From a virus (taxonomy: Duplodnaviria > Caudoviricetes), in IMG/VR virus record IMGVR_UViG_3300020045_004605, positions 1 to 63,680 of that record: a stretch of 63,680 nucleotides of DNA. The stretch is one strand, 5' to 3'. A program made the translations under genes and the position numbers. Below, one piece after another: positions 1 to 10,223 of this stretch; the first letter of the stretch is position 1, and the number at the start of each line of letters is the position of its first letter. The notes beneath the pieces are model-generated. The model did not search any database. It was given only the letters and a program-made list of their open reading frames with translations, and had not been told where the DNA came from.

Positions 1-2
1 AA

Positions 3-1268
3 CTCAAAAGCTGATGTAGCTGGTTCTACTGAATTAGTAACAGATTTAACGCCTGCGATAGTCTGATTAGTAGTTAGCTTAACAACATCCACATCATTTG
101 CAGGCGTATATCCTAAAGCTGCTACTATATTACTATAAGTCAATGCAATTGCCCCATTTCCAATAACATTACCAAACTTGTCAACTGGCACGAATAAAGC
201 CGTTCCCGCTGCTACTGCTGCCTGTAAATCAGTAGTTCCTTGCTTAATTATTAAATAAGCCCTAAATACTGCATTGTCAGCTATATTTTGCTCCGTAACA
301 AATGGGTCAGTCGGTAAGGCTGCCAAAGCTTCTGCGTAGCTATTATAAACTGTTTGCCCGTGTTGCGCACGTGTTAACCCTGATTGAAAGATATTAAAAT
401 GTTGAATAGTCCACTTATTACCAGCCGTCACTGCGGTTAATACTCCAGCGTTATCATAATTATTCGGGTCTACATTCTGAGTATCGGCGTATTCTGTTCC
501 ACCTCTTAAACGATATCTAAATGTAAGTGCTGTTTGAGCTGGTATTGTTAATTCGTGGGGATTTAAATAATCATTTGCGTTAATCCCTAAAGCAAAAATA
601 CGTCCTGCACTTTTATTAATTTGTAAGTTAGCACCGTTAGGACTATAAATATTGCCCTCCTCATTTAATGAACCTATCGCCTTCATAAAATCATGAAGTT
701 GATTTGTAGGCGCAACAATAGGGGCTTTTATCTCATTTACCGCATTAATATTTATGTTATTAGAGTGAATAACAGAGCCTATAATCGCAAGTGTTCTTCT
801 TTGAGCGTTTGTAAACGGTGTAGACTGCTGTATGATATTATGGTTTGTATCTAAAGCAATATAAGTGGCGTTCGAAGTCCCTAAATAAGTTGGTGTTATG
901 CCTGTTGCACCTACGTACTGTTCAATATGTACGTAAGGATTATTTAAGTCTGCAAAATTGGCAATAGTATAGTAGCCCGCGGCAATATTAAACTTTGTCG
1001 GGTCTGCATTTATTGATAATTGTAAACCCGTCAAGAATCCAGTTGGTAAATTTTGCTTCTTTTGAATAGAATCTATTACGGCATTCGAAATAGGTAGGTT
1101 TGCCGCATCAATGTAATTTAAATCATCTGTATCGGGTTGCTGAGAAACAATCTTTGTACTCGCAGCCGTTGCGGTATTTCCGCTTAATTTTATACCCTCG
1201 TCAAAAATGGATTGACCATAAGAGCTAAGCGAAATAAAGGATAGTAGTAGAAATAAAATCTTTTTCAT
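3..1268 (-). CDS. Tail fibre/adhesin-like protein with N-terminal signal peptide (partial, runs off window)
   Basis: Read by hand from ATG at 1268: MKKILFLLLSFISLSSYGQSIFDEG...ALGYTPANDVDVVKLTTNQTIAGVK; open to the window edge; LGYTP and QTIAGVK-type motifs are common in fibres. Confidence 0.7.
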   Translation of the reverse strand, partial: MKKILFLLLSFISLSSYGQSIFDEGIKLSGNTATAASTKIVSQQPDTDDLNYIDAANLPISNAVIDSIQKKQNLPTGFLTGLQLSINADPTKFNIAAGYYTIANFADLNNPYVHIEQYVGATGITPTYLGTSNATYIALDTNHNIIQQSTPFTNAQRRTLAIIGSVIHSNNININAVNEIKAPIVAPTNQLHDFMKAIGSLNEEGNIYSPNGANLQINKSAGRIFALGINANDYLNPHELTIPAQTALTFRYRLRGGTEYADTQNVDPNNYDNAGVLTAVTAGNKWTIQHFNIFQSGLTRAQHGQTVYNSYAEALAALPTDPFVTEQNIADNAVFRAYLIIKQGTTDLQAAVAAGTALFVPVDKFGNVIGNGAIALTYSNIVAALGYTPANDVDVVKLTTNQTIAGVKSVTNSVEPATSAFE

Positions 1269-1277
1269 GTTATTGAG

Positions 1278-1835
1278 TTATTGAGGTATTACGTAAATCG
1301 TGTTTCCGGAGTTAACCGATACTAGAATAGTTAAAAATTCGTCTGTTTGTTCCCACTCTGTCGTCTTATAAAGAAGTCCTCGAGACTTAAATACTAAATT
1401 TGCTTTAAAGCCTAACGTTAAAGTAAATTCCTGATTAGCTCCCGTAATAGGCGCCGTAAAAGATAAAGGCTCAAATTTAACGGGAGAGACTACAGCATAA
1501 TTATCTCTATTCGCAGGATCGCCACCTAAGTACTCCGCCGCTTCCCAGTAAACCCCCTCCTCAGCAAAGCCTCTGACTATGTCGCCTATTTCTAAAGAGT
1601 CGGCGACATTTGGCACACCTTCCTGAGAGCCTTTAGCGATAAGGTCTAAATCAAAGTAAGCTGTTACGTCTATGGCGTTTACTCTAGTAACCAACTGATT
1701 AAGTTTATCCTTAATTCCGTTAGCTTCTGCAGCGCTTAATTTATTTATAAGCGTTGGTACGTTGGGAACGATTACGGCCTCTTTGTCTCCGTTAATGTTG
1801 GCGCTATCAAATTCATATAATGCTATATCGCTCAT
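1278..1835 (-). CDS. Phage structural-region hypothetical protein
   Basis: 185 aa ORF between adaptor fragment and fibre-like gene. Confidence 0.7.
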   Translation of the reverse strand: MSDIALYEFDSANINGDKEAVIVPNVPTLINKLSAAEANGIKDKLNQLVTRVNAIDVTAYFDLDLIAKGSQEGVPNVADSLEIGDIVRGFAEEGVYWEAAEYLGGDPANRDNYAVVSPVKFEPLSFTAPITGANQEFTLTLGFKANLVFKSRGLLYKTTEWEQTDEFLTILVSVNSGNTIYVIPQ

Positions 1836-2020
1836 ACTCTATTTATTTTATATGAAAAATAGCCACCCCATGTCGGTACATTTTCGCAATTTGTCGAACC
1901 AACAACTTTAAGAGCCTCTCTATAATGCAAAGAAATAGTATTTTCAATGTCAATCAAAGTTATACTTTTTTGGTTGTTTGTAGGGTCCGTGGTACCTTGT
2001 CGACTTATTATTTTAGCCCA
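1832..2020 (-). pseudogene. C-terminal fragment of a head-tail adaptor-like protein
   Basis: AKIISRQGTTDP...YKINRV overlaps next gene by 4 nt; no plausible start; likely N-terminal half on + strand at 2329-2530. Confidence 0.45.
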
Positions 2021-2366
2021 AAATTTACTATTAGAGTATGAAGGTGACATCGACGACGTAACGAAATTACTTTCTAAAGTCTCGATTTCAAACGATGCAA
2101 ATGTTGATTTAATGAACGCCGTCGATGAGAAAGCAGAACAAAAGATTTGTACCGCTTGTTACGGATTCCCTAGAATTTTAATATCCCAAAGCGAAGGTAT
2201 TTTTGGAAATAGCGGTGAGGCTATTCAAGTAGCTACCGACTTATGGGCTAAAACCTGTCAAAAAGAGGCTCAGAATATTTTAGACGGCTTTAAAGAGGTC
2301 GGGCTTAACATCTTAAAAACACCAACAAATGGCAGCACTGATAACACCGACGATACCCCAACTTAA
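2021..2366 (+). pseudogene. C-terminal fragment of a portal protein
   Basis: QKICTACYGFPRILISQSEGIFGNSGEAIQ resembles portal C-terminal region; N-terminus of the ORF-track call is antisense of another gene. Confidence 0.5.
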
Positions 2367-2802
2367 AGAATTTTATCCGGTGGCTGAGTCTTTAGGCACC
2401 GATAAAATAACCGAGTTTTCAAACTACGTAAAAAGCCATTTATTTGTAAGAATGTTTGGTTTTGAAGCTGCTAGCAAAATACTTGCCGGAACTATAGCAG
2501 ATAGCGCAAGTGCCTCTTTTATAGGGTTTCAAAACTACTTAGATGACCAAGATATTATAGGCGGAGTTGAGCATTATTTCGCAAATATAGATAATAGATA
2601 TGCAGATTATATTGGTATCTGTTCACGTATTAAGCGAAATATTCAAGATGACCAAATAGCTGGTGGAATGGTAGGTATTTACAATCCAAGCATTACACAG
2701 CGTTTGAACCACCTAACAGATAACGTTGATGTGACTACAAAAGGAAACGAGATAGCAAACAAACCTATTCAAATTGAGATAGTAAGACCTGATAATAATT
2801 AA
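2329..2802 (+). pseudogene. Chimeric ORF: adaptor-like N-terminus fused to terminase small subunit C-terminus
   Basis: After ...FIGFQ the sequence becomes TerS-like (DQIAGGMVGIYNPSITQRLNHLTDNVDVTTKG), directly upstream of TerL. Confidence 0.7.
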
Positions 2803-4008
2803 ATGAAAGCAACCATAGTATTTGAGAAGATATGGAATGCTATTCACGAAAAGAATGAAGACGGTAGCCGTAAATATAAATACATTATAAACACTGGTTC
2901 ATCTCGTTCAAGTAAAACTCATTCAATACTTCAAACGCATTGGCTTTATTGTCTTAAAAATGCAAACTCAAGGGTTTCTATTTGGCGTGAAACAAAAGCC
3001 GATTGTAAGATGACTATATTAGCTGATTTAAAAAAAGCTATCCCTACTTTTCCAAATTACGAGTTTATAAACTTTAATAAAACAGAAAGTGTATATACTT
3101 TTCCTAACGGTAGTGTTATTGAGTTTATGGGTGGAGATGAAGAAAATAGAGTACATGGTTTTCAAGGTGATGTAGCTCATTTAAACGAGCCTTATAAGTT
3201 CAGTTTAGATGCTTTCAATCAAATAGACATGAGAACAAAAGATTATATTATAATTGATTGGAACCCTAAGTCAAGACATTGGATTGAAGAAATAAGTAAA
3301 CAAGACAATGCAATAGTAATACATTCAACTTTTAAAGACAATCCTTTTTGCCCTCCTGAACAGAAAAAGAAGATACTAAGTTACGAGCCTACAGAATTCA
3401 ATATACAACAAAACACGGCTTCTGATTACCTTTGGACGGTGTACGGATTAGGTTTGAAAGCTGAAAAGCCTAATAGAATATTTAAGAATTGGAAAGTTAT
3501 TGATAATATAGAGTTTGATAATTTAAAGTTCCCGAGTTACTATGGTATGGATTTTGGACTTTCCGCTCCGAGTACTTTAGTTGAAATGAAATTTAACGGT
3601 GACCAAACATTCTTTTTTAAAGAGTTGCTTTATAAGCCTATGAATATAATGAGTAGCACTTTATCCGATGAGTTATTTAACTTAGGTATTGACTTAAATA
3701 AAGAATTAATAGTAGACAGTAGCAACGAAATAAACAAAACAGAGGGTAATAAGTTAAAGAATAGCGGGTTTAACGTTATTTACGCTTTAAAGGGTAAAGG
3801 AAGCGTTGTTAGTGGGATTGAATTACTACAAAAGAAACAAGTGTATTACACAAAACAATCTACTAATTTGGAGCAAGAGTATGAAAATCATTCGTGGCGG
3901 GTTGTTCAAGGCGTACAGTTAGACGAACCAGAGCAAGGTAATGACCACGCTATTGATGCTTGTAAATACGTTAGTAGTTGGTTTGCAAGAACAAGATATT
4001 TAACATAA
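2803..4008 (+). CDS. terL: Terminase large subunit (PBSX-like)
   Basis: Walker A-like GSSRSSKT, HLNE, nuclease motifs YYGMDFG and NDHAIDA. Confidence 0.95.
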   Translation: MKATIVFEKIWNAIHEKNEDGSRKYKYIINTGSSRSSKTHSILQTHWLYCLKNANSRVSIWRETKADCKMTILADLKKAIPTFPNYEFINFNKTESVYTFPNGSVIEFMGGDEENRVHGFQGDVAHLNEPYKFSLDAFNQIDMRTKDYIIIDWNPKSRHWIEEISKQDNAIVIHSTFKDNPFCPPEQKKKILSYEPTEFNIQQNTASDYLWTVYGLGLKAEKPNRIFKNWKVIDNIEFDNLKFPSYYGMDFGLSAPSTLVEMKFNGDQTFFFKELLYKPMNIMSSTLSDELFNLGIDLNKELIVDSSNEINKTEGNKLKNSGFNVIYALKGKGSVVSGIELLQKKQVYYTKQSTNLEQEYENHSWRVVQGVQLDEPEQGNDHAIDACKYVSSWFARTRYLT

Positions 4009-4025
4009 AGTAAAAAAACATTACC

Positions 4026-4061
4026 TTATTTGTAATTATTCTAAATAATTGTTTATATTTG
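4026..4061 (+). promoter_or_regulatory. Fur-box-like palindrome plus Bacteroidota -7 box upstream of portal
   Basis: TTATTTGTAATTATTCTAAATAA (4026-4048) then TATATTTG (4054-4061). Confidence 0.6.
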
Positions 4062-4095
4062 TACAAATTAACGCCGTGAGGCAGAGATATTTTCA

Positions 4096-5307
4096 ATGGT
4101 AACTAAATCAGTTAGTTTATTTGGTAGGGAGCTATTGCGTGTGGAACGTAACCGAGCGGGTCAGTTTTCCTATTCTTTTTTAGACGGTGGCAATGACTTT
4201 GTTAATAACGAGAAGTACTTAGATTTATCTTTGTGCAATCCCGTATTAATGACAATAGTGGCATTACGCTCCCGTTTATATTCTCAAATGGAAATTAAGC
4301 ACGTTAACTCGAAAGGAGTGGTAATTGAGAATAGTCCATACGTTAATCTTTTAAATAGTCCTAATTACTTTCAGAGTAAAGAGGATTTCTTTTTCCAGCA
4401 AATGTGGTTTTTGTCTACTGCTGGAACTGATTATATTTATCAAAAGAAAGCGTTTGCGAATGATTTACCGAAAGCAATTTACAACCTTATTCCGAGTGAG
4501 ATTGAATTAAACAACGCTCATAAGGTAAATAAGTTTATCGTTACTGAAAAGGATAAAAAAGCATTCGGGGAGCGTAAGATTAAATACACTTTAGATAACA
4601 CAACTTATGAATTAAGTTTAGCAGAGTTAATTCCGCTTTACGACCTATCAAACGGACTAAGTAATAACTCATTCTTTCAATCACAAAGTAGAGTTAAAGG
4701 AATTGTAAAGATATTAAATAACATAGACCAAAACATTAAGTCTAAGAATATAAATTTACAGTTTAGTCAAAAGTATTTGTCTAAGAACGAAAGTACTGGA
4801 AACGAAGCACAAATACAACCTACAGACCGAACCGATATAGAGAGTAAACTTGACCGTAAAAACTTAATCGTAACTAATGCAAACATTGACGTTAAGCACT
4901 TAGTAAGCGATATGAAGCGTTTATATTTAGATGAGCAGTTTGCAGACGATGCTAACAAGTGTTTATTAGCGTTTGAAATGAATAAGAACGTTTTAAATTA
5001 CTTTGCTAAAGACAGTACATTCGATAATCAATCACAAGGCGTAATTAGTTACATTCAAAACTCTATCCAAACAACGGCTAAAAACACTATGAATAGTTTA
5101 AGCCAACAATGGGGATTGATGGAAAAAGGCGAAAAGTTAATAGCTTCTTACGACCATTTAGCATCAATGCAACCAGTCGTAAACGATAAGATTAAGTCTT
5201 TTGGTGAGATGCAAGATGCGTTAAAGGTGGCAATCGATAACCAAACCTTAACCAATGCCGAAGCTAAAAAAATGAGTGATGATTTTAAACTAAAATTGGG
5301 ATTATGA
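4096..5307 (+). CDS. Portal protein
   Basis: 403 aa after TerL; LLNSPNYFQSKEDF motif typical of HK97-type portals. Confidence 0.85.
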   Translation: MVTKSVSLFGRELLRVERNRAGQFSYSFLDGGNDFVNNEKYLDLSLCNPVLMTIVALRSRLYSQMEIKHVNSKGVVIENSPYVNLLNSPNYFQSKEDFFFQQMWFLSTAGTDYIYQKKAFANDLPKAIYNLIPSEIELNNAHKVNKFIVTEKDKKAFGERKIKYTLDNTTYELSLAELIPLYDLSNGLSNNSFFQSQSRVKGIVKILNNIDQNIKSKNINLQFSQKYLSKNESTGNEAQIQPTDRTDIESKLDRKNLIVTNANIDVKHLVSDMKRLYLDEQFADDANKCLLAFEMNKNVLNYFAKDSTFDNQSQGVISYIQNSIQTTAKNTMNSLSQQWGLMEKGEKLIASYDHLASMQPVVNDKIKSFGEMQDALKVAIDNQTLTNAEAKKMSDDFKLKLGL

Positions 5308-5423
5308 GTACGAGATTAAATTTACAGGATATTAATAAACAAGTTGAAAAGGAAAAAATAGCCAAAGCAAAAAAAGAGCTATTGAAACGTGAATTAAACA
5401 AAGATAAAGAGATTAAGAAATGA
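5304..5423 (+). CDS. Small basic protein (39 aa)
   Basis: MSTRLNLQDINK...; ATGA overlaps with both neighbours. Confidence 0.55.
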   Translation: MSTRLNLQDINKQVEKEKIAKAKKELLKRELNKDKEIKK

Positions 5424-6379
5424 TAAAGTCAATATACTTTCCCGATAAAACCTACTCAACAAAAGAAGAGTTATTCAAAGATTTAAAGGATAACTTAGAT
5501 TTTATTGTTGATGCTAAAAAGTCACAGATACAAAAGTCTTGTGATAAAGGCGTTTCTGTTACTTGTAAGTCTTTGGATTTATTAAAGTTTACAGACCAAC
5601 TAAAGGGGATTAAGATTGATGATAATTTCTATTACATAGCGGTTAATTCAACTAAAGTATTAGACAGCCATGATGATTTACATTTAGACGGAATATGGAC
5701 TAAATCAGTAAAAGAGCAACAAGGTAAAAACTATTTAGTTATCGACCACGAATTGGAAGTGGATAAGGTAATAGTTAGAAAAGAGCATATTGAAATGTTT
5801 GTGGCTAAAGTACCGTTTGCTTTATTAGGGAAACCTTACGAGGGAGATACACAAGCATTGATTTATAAAGTGCCTAAATCACAAGTAAAGCACCAAGCGG
5901 TTAAGGATTGGTTAGATAGTGGTGATGAGATAGAAGCGAGTGTGCGTATGCAGTATGTTACTTTCGTTTTATGCTTAGATAGTAACGACCCTGATGATGC
6001 AACTGCTAAAGCTAACTACGACCAATATTACCCACTTATAGCCAACAAAGATGAGTTTGAGTACATTTACTACTTCTTTGCAATAAAAGAAGCTAAAAAC
6101 GTAAGAGAAAGTAGTTTAGTAGTATTTGGCAGTAACGGAACAACGGGACAAATAGTAAATATAAAAGAAAAACACTTAGTAAAATGCCCTGAATGTAAGA
6201 CTGAATTTGATTATAATTCGGTAAACGAAAAAGGAATGGGTTATGTAGAATGCCCAAGTTGTAAACACGAGGTAACGCAAGCCGATAAAACACTTGCAAA
6301 ATCTATAGAAGAAGCCGAGAAATCACTTCAAACAGAGAAACAAAGAGAATTATTAAAAGGATTATTAAAGAAAATTTAA
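5420..6379 (+). CDS. Putative prohead protease with C-terminal Zn-ribbon
   Basis: Between portal and capsid; LDSHDD, DHE, ESSLV motifs; CPEC...CPSC. Confidence 0.65.
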   Translation: MIKSIYFPDKTYSTKEELFKDLKDNLDFIVDAKKSQIQKSCDKGVSVTCKSLDLLKFTDQLKGIKIDDNFYYIAVNSTKVLDSHDDLHLDGIWTKSVKEQQGKNYLVIDHELEVDKVIVRKEHIEMFVAKVPFALLGKPYEGDTQALIYKVPKSQVKHQAVKDWLDSGDEIEASVRMQYVTFVLCLDSNDPDDATAKANYDQYYPLIANKDEFEYIYYFFAIKEAKNVRESSLVVFGSNGTTGQIVNIKEKHLVKCPECKTEFDYNSVNEKGMGYVECPSCKHEVTQADKTLAKSIEEAEKSLQTEKQRELLKGLLKKI

Positions 6380-6380
6380 A

Positions 6381-7565
6381 ATGAACGAAGATTTAATTAA
6401 AGAGTTAGGCGATAAAATAGACGCCTTTAAAGAAAACTCTTGTACTAAAGCCGAACTTATAGAGTTAATGTCAAAAGTACAAGCGTTAGAAACAAGCGGA
6501 CAAGACGTAGCATCATTTAAAGCTAACGTAGAAGAAATCGCTTTGAGAGTATTGGATTTAGAAACTAAAGGGGCCACTAAAGAGGAAACTGCAAGTTTAA
6601 AATCTATCTTAGAAAGCAAAGCCGATGAGCTTTCAGCAATGAAAGATAAATCAGGCGCAAGTGTTAAATTCACATTGAAAGCCGCTGGCACAATGGCTGA
6701 AAGCACAAACATTACTGGTATTATCCCACAAGGAGAAAGAGAAGCGGGTATTACAAGAACTGTAAGACGTTCACCTTATTTACTTTCTTTGGTAAATGTA
6801 GGTACTATTATGTCAAACCTATGGGAATGGGTTGAGCAGAAAAACCCTGACGGTGGTGCTGGAATGACGGCAGAGGGTGCTTTGAAATCACAAGCGGATT
6901 TTGACTTAGTATTAGCTTCAGCTTCTGTTAAAAAAGTAACTGCCTATATCAAAGTAACCAAAGAGATGCTTGACGATGTACAGTTGTTGAAATCAGAAAT
7001 TGACCAAGAGTTAAGCGAGTTAATCAACTTGAAAATCGATGACCAAATCCTTTCTGGTGCTGGTACTGGCGCAAACTTAACGGGTATCACAACTAACGCT
7101 ACTGCTTGGGCGGCTGGTTCTTTTGCTTTGGCAATCCCTACACCAACAAACGCAGACGTTTTGAGAACTGCTATTAACCAAGTTAGAGTTAACTTATTTA
7201 ACCCTAATTATATTGTAATGCACCCAACAGACGTTACTAAAATGGAATTAGCAAAAGATAGTACAGGACAATATGTATTACCTCCGTTTACTTCTATTGA
7301 CGGTACAGTAGTTAGTGGGATTCCAGTTGTTTCAAATACTGGTATGACAATCGATAAATTCTTAGTAGGTGACTTTAACAAGTCAGGAGTAAGATTTAAA
7401 GAGGGATTAACTATCAATGTAGGTTACGAGAATGATGACTTTACTAAAAACTTAGTTACTATTTTGGCGGAAGCTCGTTTAGTACATAGAGTAAAATCTA
7501 ACCATTACGGTGCATTCGTTTACGGTGACTTTAGCGATGCTATTACTGCATTAACACAAGCGTAA
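6381..7565 (+). CDS. Major capsid protein (HK97 fold)
   Basis: Coiled-coil N-terminus; AEGALK, VMHPTD, GDF, FTKNLVTILAEAR motifs. Confidence 0.95.
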   Translation: MNEDLIKELGDKIDAFKENSCTKAELIELMSKVQALETSGQDVASFKANVEEIALRVLDLETKGATKEETASLKSILESKADELSAMKDKSGASVKFTLKAAGTMAESTNITGIIPQGEREAGITRTVRRSPYLLSLVNVGTIMSNLWEWVEQKNPDGGAGMTAEGALKSQADFDLVLASASVKKVTAYIKVTKEMLDDVQLLKSEIDQELSELINLKIDDQILSGAGTGANLTGITTNATAWAAGSFALAIPTPTNADVLRTAINQVRVNLFNPNYIVMHPTDVTKMELAKDSTGQYVLPPFTSIDGTVVSGIPVVSNTGMTIDKFLVGDFNKSGVRFKEGLTINVGYENDDFTKNLVTILAEARLVHRVKSNHYGAFVYGDFSDAITALTQA

Positions 7566-7569
7566 TAAA

Positions 7570-7695
7570 ATGGGTTTCTATCACGATACGACAGTAGAGG
7601 TTACCTATAACGGTAAAACTACAAGAGTAGCCAAAGAAGATGCTCATTTATATGAAAGTAAGAAAAAAGTAAAAGAAGTTAAAACAGATAAATAA
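7570..7695 (+). CDS. Small post-capsid protein (41 aa)
   Basis: MGFYHDTTVEVTYNG...; TAATG overlap with next gene. Confidence 0.55.
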   Translation: MGFYHDTTVEVTYNGKTTRVAKEDAHLYESKKKVKEVKTDK

Positions 7696-8333
7696 TGCCA
7701 CAGATAGTAACGGTTTCATATTTTCAAAACCCAAACGAGTTAAACATTCCTTTAGGTGTAGCTTTAGCGGTTGCAAACCCGACTTTAGCAACTCCAAATA
7801 GTGCGAGTGCTTTAAACTCTTTGTGTGTGAAAGTAGAGAAATCGATATTATTAAATGCTTTAGGTTTAACGACTTATAACACTTTACAATTAGCGTTAGC
7901 GGACATTAACAATCCGCTATACGCTTCTTATAAAAAGTTAGTTGAGGGCGATGAGTACGACGGTAAAGTATGGATAGGATTAGACAATGAGTATAGCCTT
8001 ATTGCCTACCGTATTTTCGAGCAGTACATTACCGAAACTAACGAACATCTTACGGGTGTTGGGAATACACAAGGGAAGACTGAAAAAGCCACTTTAGTAA
8101 GTCCAAAGTATAAGATAGCAAATGCAAATCAGCAGTTTATTGATAAGTACCAAAGCGGTTATTTAAACGAACCATTTATTTATAACGATGGCGAGTTTAT
8201 CGATTGGTATGGTAGTCAAGAAGCGATTGGAGTAAGTTTGTATCAATACTTATTGGATAAGAAATCAGACTTTACGGGATTTGATATTGAAACGTTTAAG
8301 ACTTACGAAACTAAAAACTCTTTCGGGATATGA
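7695..8333 (+). CDS. Head-tail adaptor-like protein
   Basis: Position after capsid; 212 aa. Confidence 0.55.
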   Translation: MPQIVTVSYFQNPNELNIPLGVALAVANPTLATPNSASALNSLCVKVEKSILLNALGLTTYNTLQLALADINNPLYASYKKLVEGDEYDGKVWIGLDNEYSLIAYRIFEQYITETNEHLTGVGNTQGKTEKATLVSPKYKIANANQQFIDKYQSGYLNEPFIYNDGEFIDWYGSQEAIGVSLYQYLLDKKSDFTGFDIETFKTYETKNSFGI

Positions 8334-8833
8334 TAGTTTTTGAAGACCAATTAGCAAGGATTGTTGAAGTATTACCTACTCCGACGATAAACGAAATTGC
8401 AAAGCCTATATTCTTTAATTGGGGGACGGAAACGGTTTTAGCTAATTACTTAACGCTTTCAAAAGGTAGTCAGTTTCCTTTAATTTGGTTAGCAGAGGGG
8501 CAAGACACAAACGATTTAAGAGAACCGAGCGTAAGCAGAAATGCACGAATAGTAATCTTATATCAAAGTCAAGCACCTGAGCAGTTTAACCCTTACCAAC
8601 ACGAATGGGATTACAATATTATTTTACAACCGATAGCAGATAATCTTTTAACAGCTTTAACACAAAGTGGGATAAGTAGATACGATGACAAAAGCGTTAG
8701 AGTTCAAAGAGTGAAAAACTACTCTATGAATACAACCGAAGATAGCTTAGTATTTATTTGCAACGCAATAGTTATAGACATTGATTTGATTTTTAGCGGG
8801 GTATCGAGTTGCATACAAACAATAAATTTTTAA
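8330..8833 (+). CDS. Tail terminator/neck-like protein
   Basis: Position before tail tube; FPLIWL motif. Confidence 0.5.
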   Translation: MIVFEDQLARIVEVLPTPTINEIAKPIFFNWGTETVLANYLTLSKGSQFPLIWLAEGQDTNDLREPSVSRNARIVILYQSQAPEQFNPYQHEWDYNIILQPIADNLLTALTQSGISRYDDKSVRVQRVKNYSMNTTEDSLVFICNAIVIDIDLIFSGVSSCIQTINF

Positions 8834-8852
8834 TAAATAAAATAAAAAAACT

Positions 8853-9785
8853 ATGGCAGTTTTAATAAATCAAAAGGATTGTAGTACAGTCCGCAAGAAC
8901 TTAGGTTTACCTGATTGCATTATACAAGAGGGAAGGCTAACGGGTTTTGTAATCGTGCCAAAAGGTTGGAATATCAACCTTTTAACCGATACATTCGATT
9001 TGGCGTATGTTAACGACCAAATCCAATTAGGTAACTTTGTGCCAGTACTTGGTGCAGTAGAAGCTACTAACAACACGCCTGAAGCTACTACTGAGGAGTA
9101 TCAAGGGGGTGTTATGTCAGTTGTTAGAAACGGATTACCACAATATACGTTTAAATTCCTTAAAGGTGGATGGAAATTTGCGAGTGCTTTGTACACTTAC
9201 AACTCATTCCAAGCGTTTGATGTGTTATTCGTATTCTCAAGCGGTGCAGTAGCGGGAGCAACTAACGGAACTACATTTAGTGGTTTTGACTTAGGAATGC
9301 TAAACAATGGTACTTATATGTTTACTGACGGAAGTGTAAGCGCAAGTGTTACTACTTCTATGCAGTTGATTAACGAGGTACAATTTAACAGAGATGTAGC
9401 TTTACTTGATGCTTCGGCTTTAGACTTTAATATCAATACCGATATTCAACCGATTACCGATATTTATATGACGGGTAGAGCGGATGTTTCAGAGCAGAAA
9501 GTGTATTTCAAAGCAAGTTTTGACATTAATAGAGCGGTTAACTTAGGCGGTATTGCTATTGCTAATTTGAGATACACTCAAGATGGTGTAGCTGATACGA
9601 TTATAGCTTTGTCTTTATCTTATAACTCTACTACAGAAGAGTGGGAATTTGAGCCTACAACGGCATTTACAACGGCAGAAGCGCAAGTAGTACAGTTGTA
9701 TGATGCGAGTGTACCGACTGATGTAGCTTTGATTGGTACACGTTACTACAAAGGGGCAACTGCAAGTTTTGTAGCAACAGCGTAA
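8853..9785 (+). CDS. Major tail (tube) protein
   Basis: 310 aa, beta-rich, syntenic position. Confidence 0.7.
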   Translation: MAVLINQKDCSTVRKNLGLPDCIIQEGRLTGFVIVPKGWNINLLTDTFDLAYVNDQIQLGNFVPVLGAVEATNNTPEATTEEYQGGVMSVVRNGLPQYTFKFLKGGWKFASALYTYNSFQAFDVLFVFSSGAVAGATNGTTFSGFDLGMLNNGTYMFTDGSVSASVTTSMQLINEVQFNRDVALLDASALDFNINTDIQPITDIYMTGRADVSEQKVYFKASFDINRAVNLGGIAIANLRYTQDGVADTIIALSLSYNSTTEEWEFEPTTAFTTAEAQVVQLYDASVPTDVALIGTRYYKGATASFVATA

Positions 9786-9908
9786 ATTTAATTTGGTTAT
9801 ATGAAAATACTTTTGTAAATTAGCTTTTTCATAAGGTTTAGGATTAATTATTAGGATGTAATGCAACTCATAATCGGGTTGCATTTTCCTTTTTAAATAC
9901 AATAGTAA

Positions 9909-10223
9909 ATGGAAATATTCGGAAAGCATATATTCGGTAAAGATGCCGAAGCGTGGTTAAAACTATGTAAAGAACAAAAAAAGGAATGGATTTTAAAACG
10001 CACAAAACAAACAAATGAAGCTTTAATAACCGAGTTTATAAACAACCCGAATATTAGTAAAGAGTGCAAGTGTTTAGATTGTGGTAAAGCAAATAAAAAT
10101 GAGTCTGTCAGCGTTGGAGTATCAAAAGAGGTTGCAACCGTTACTGAACCAATCGAAGTTGGAGCAGATAGTATCGGAGATAGTGTTAAGCGACAACCGA
10201 AATCTAAAAGACGAAAAGGTTAA
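9909..10223 (+). CDS. Hypothetical tail-region protein
   Basis: 104 aa ORF overlapping next gene by ~125 nt. Confidence 0.55.
   Translation: MEIFGKHIFGKDAEAWLKLCKEQKKEWILKRTKQTNEALITEFINNPNISKECKCLDCGKANKNESVSVGVSKEVATVTEPIEVGADSIGDSVKRQPKSKRRKG

Larger units (their letters stand above)
1..2533. mobile_element. Rearranged fragments of a phage head/tail region (third phage or displaced piece)
   Basis: Contains portal C-terminus, split head-tail adaptor-like gene and a fibre-like gene; strand switch near 2020 and in-frame switch to TerS near 2530. Confidence 0.6.

Noticed and set aside
4026-4048. Palindromes as dif/Xer sites
   Set aside because: Ten copies tied to promoters, symmetric arms and no XerD-type TTATGTTAAAT arm fit an operator better.
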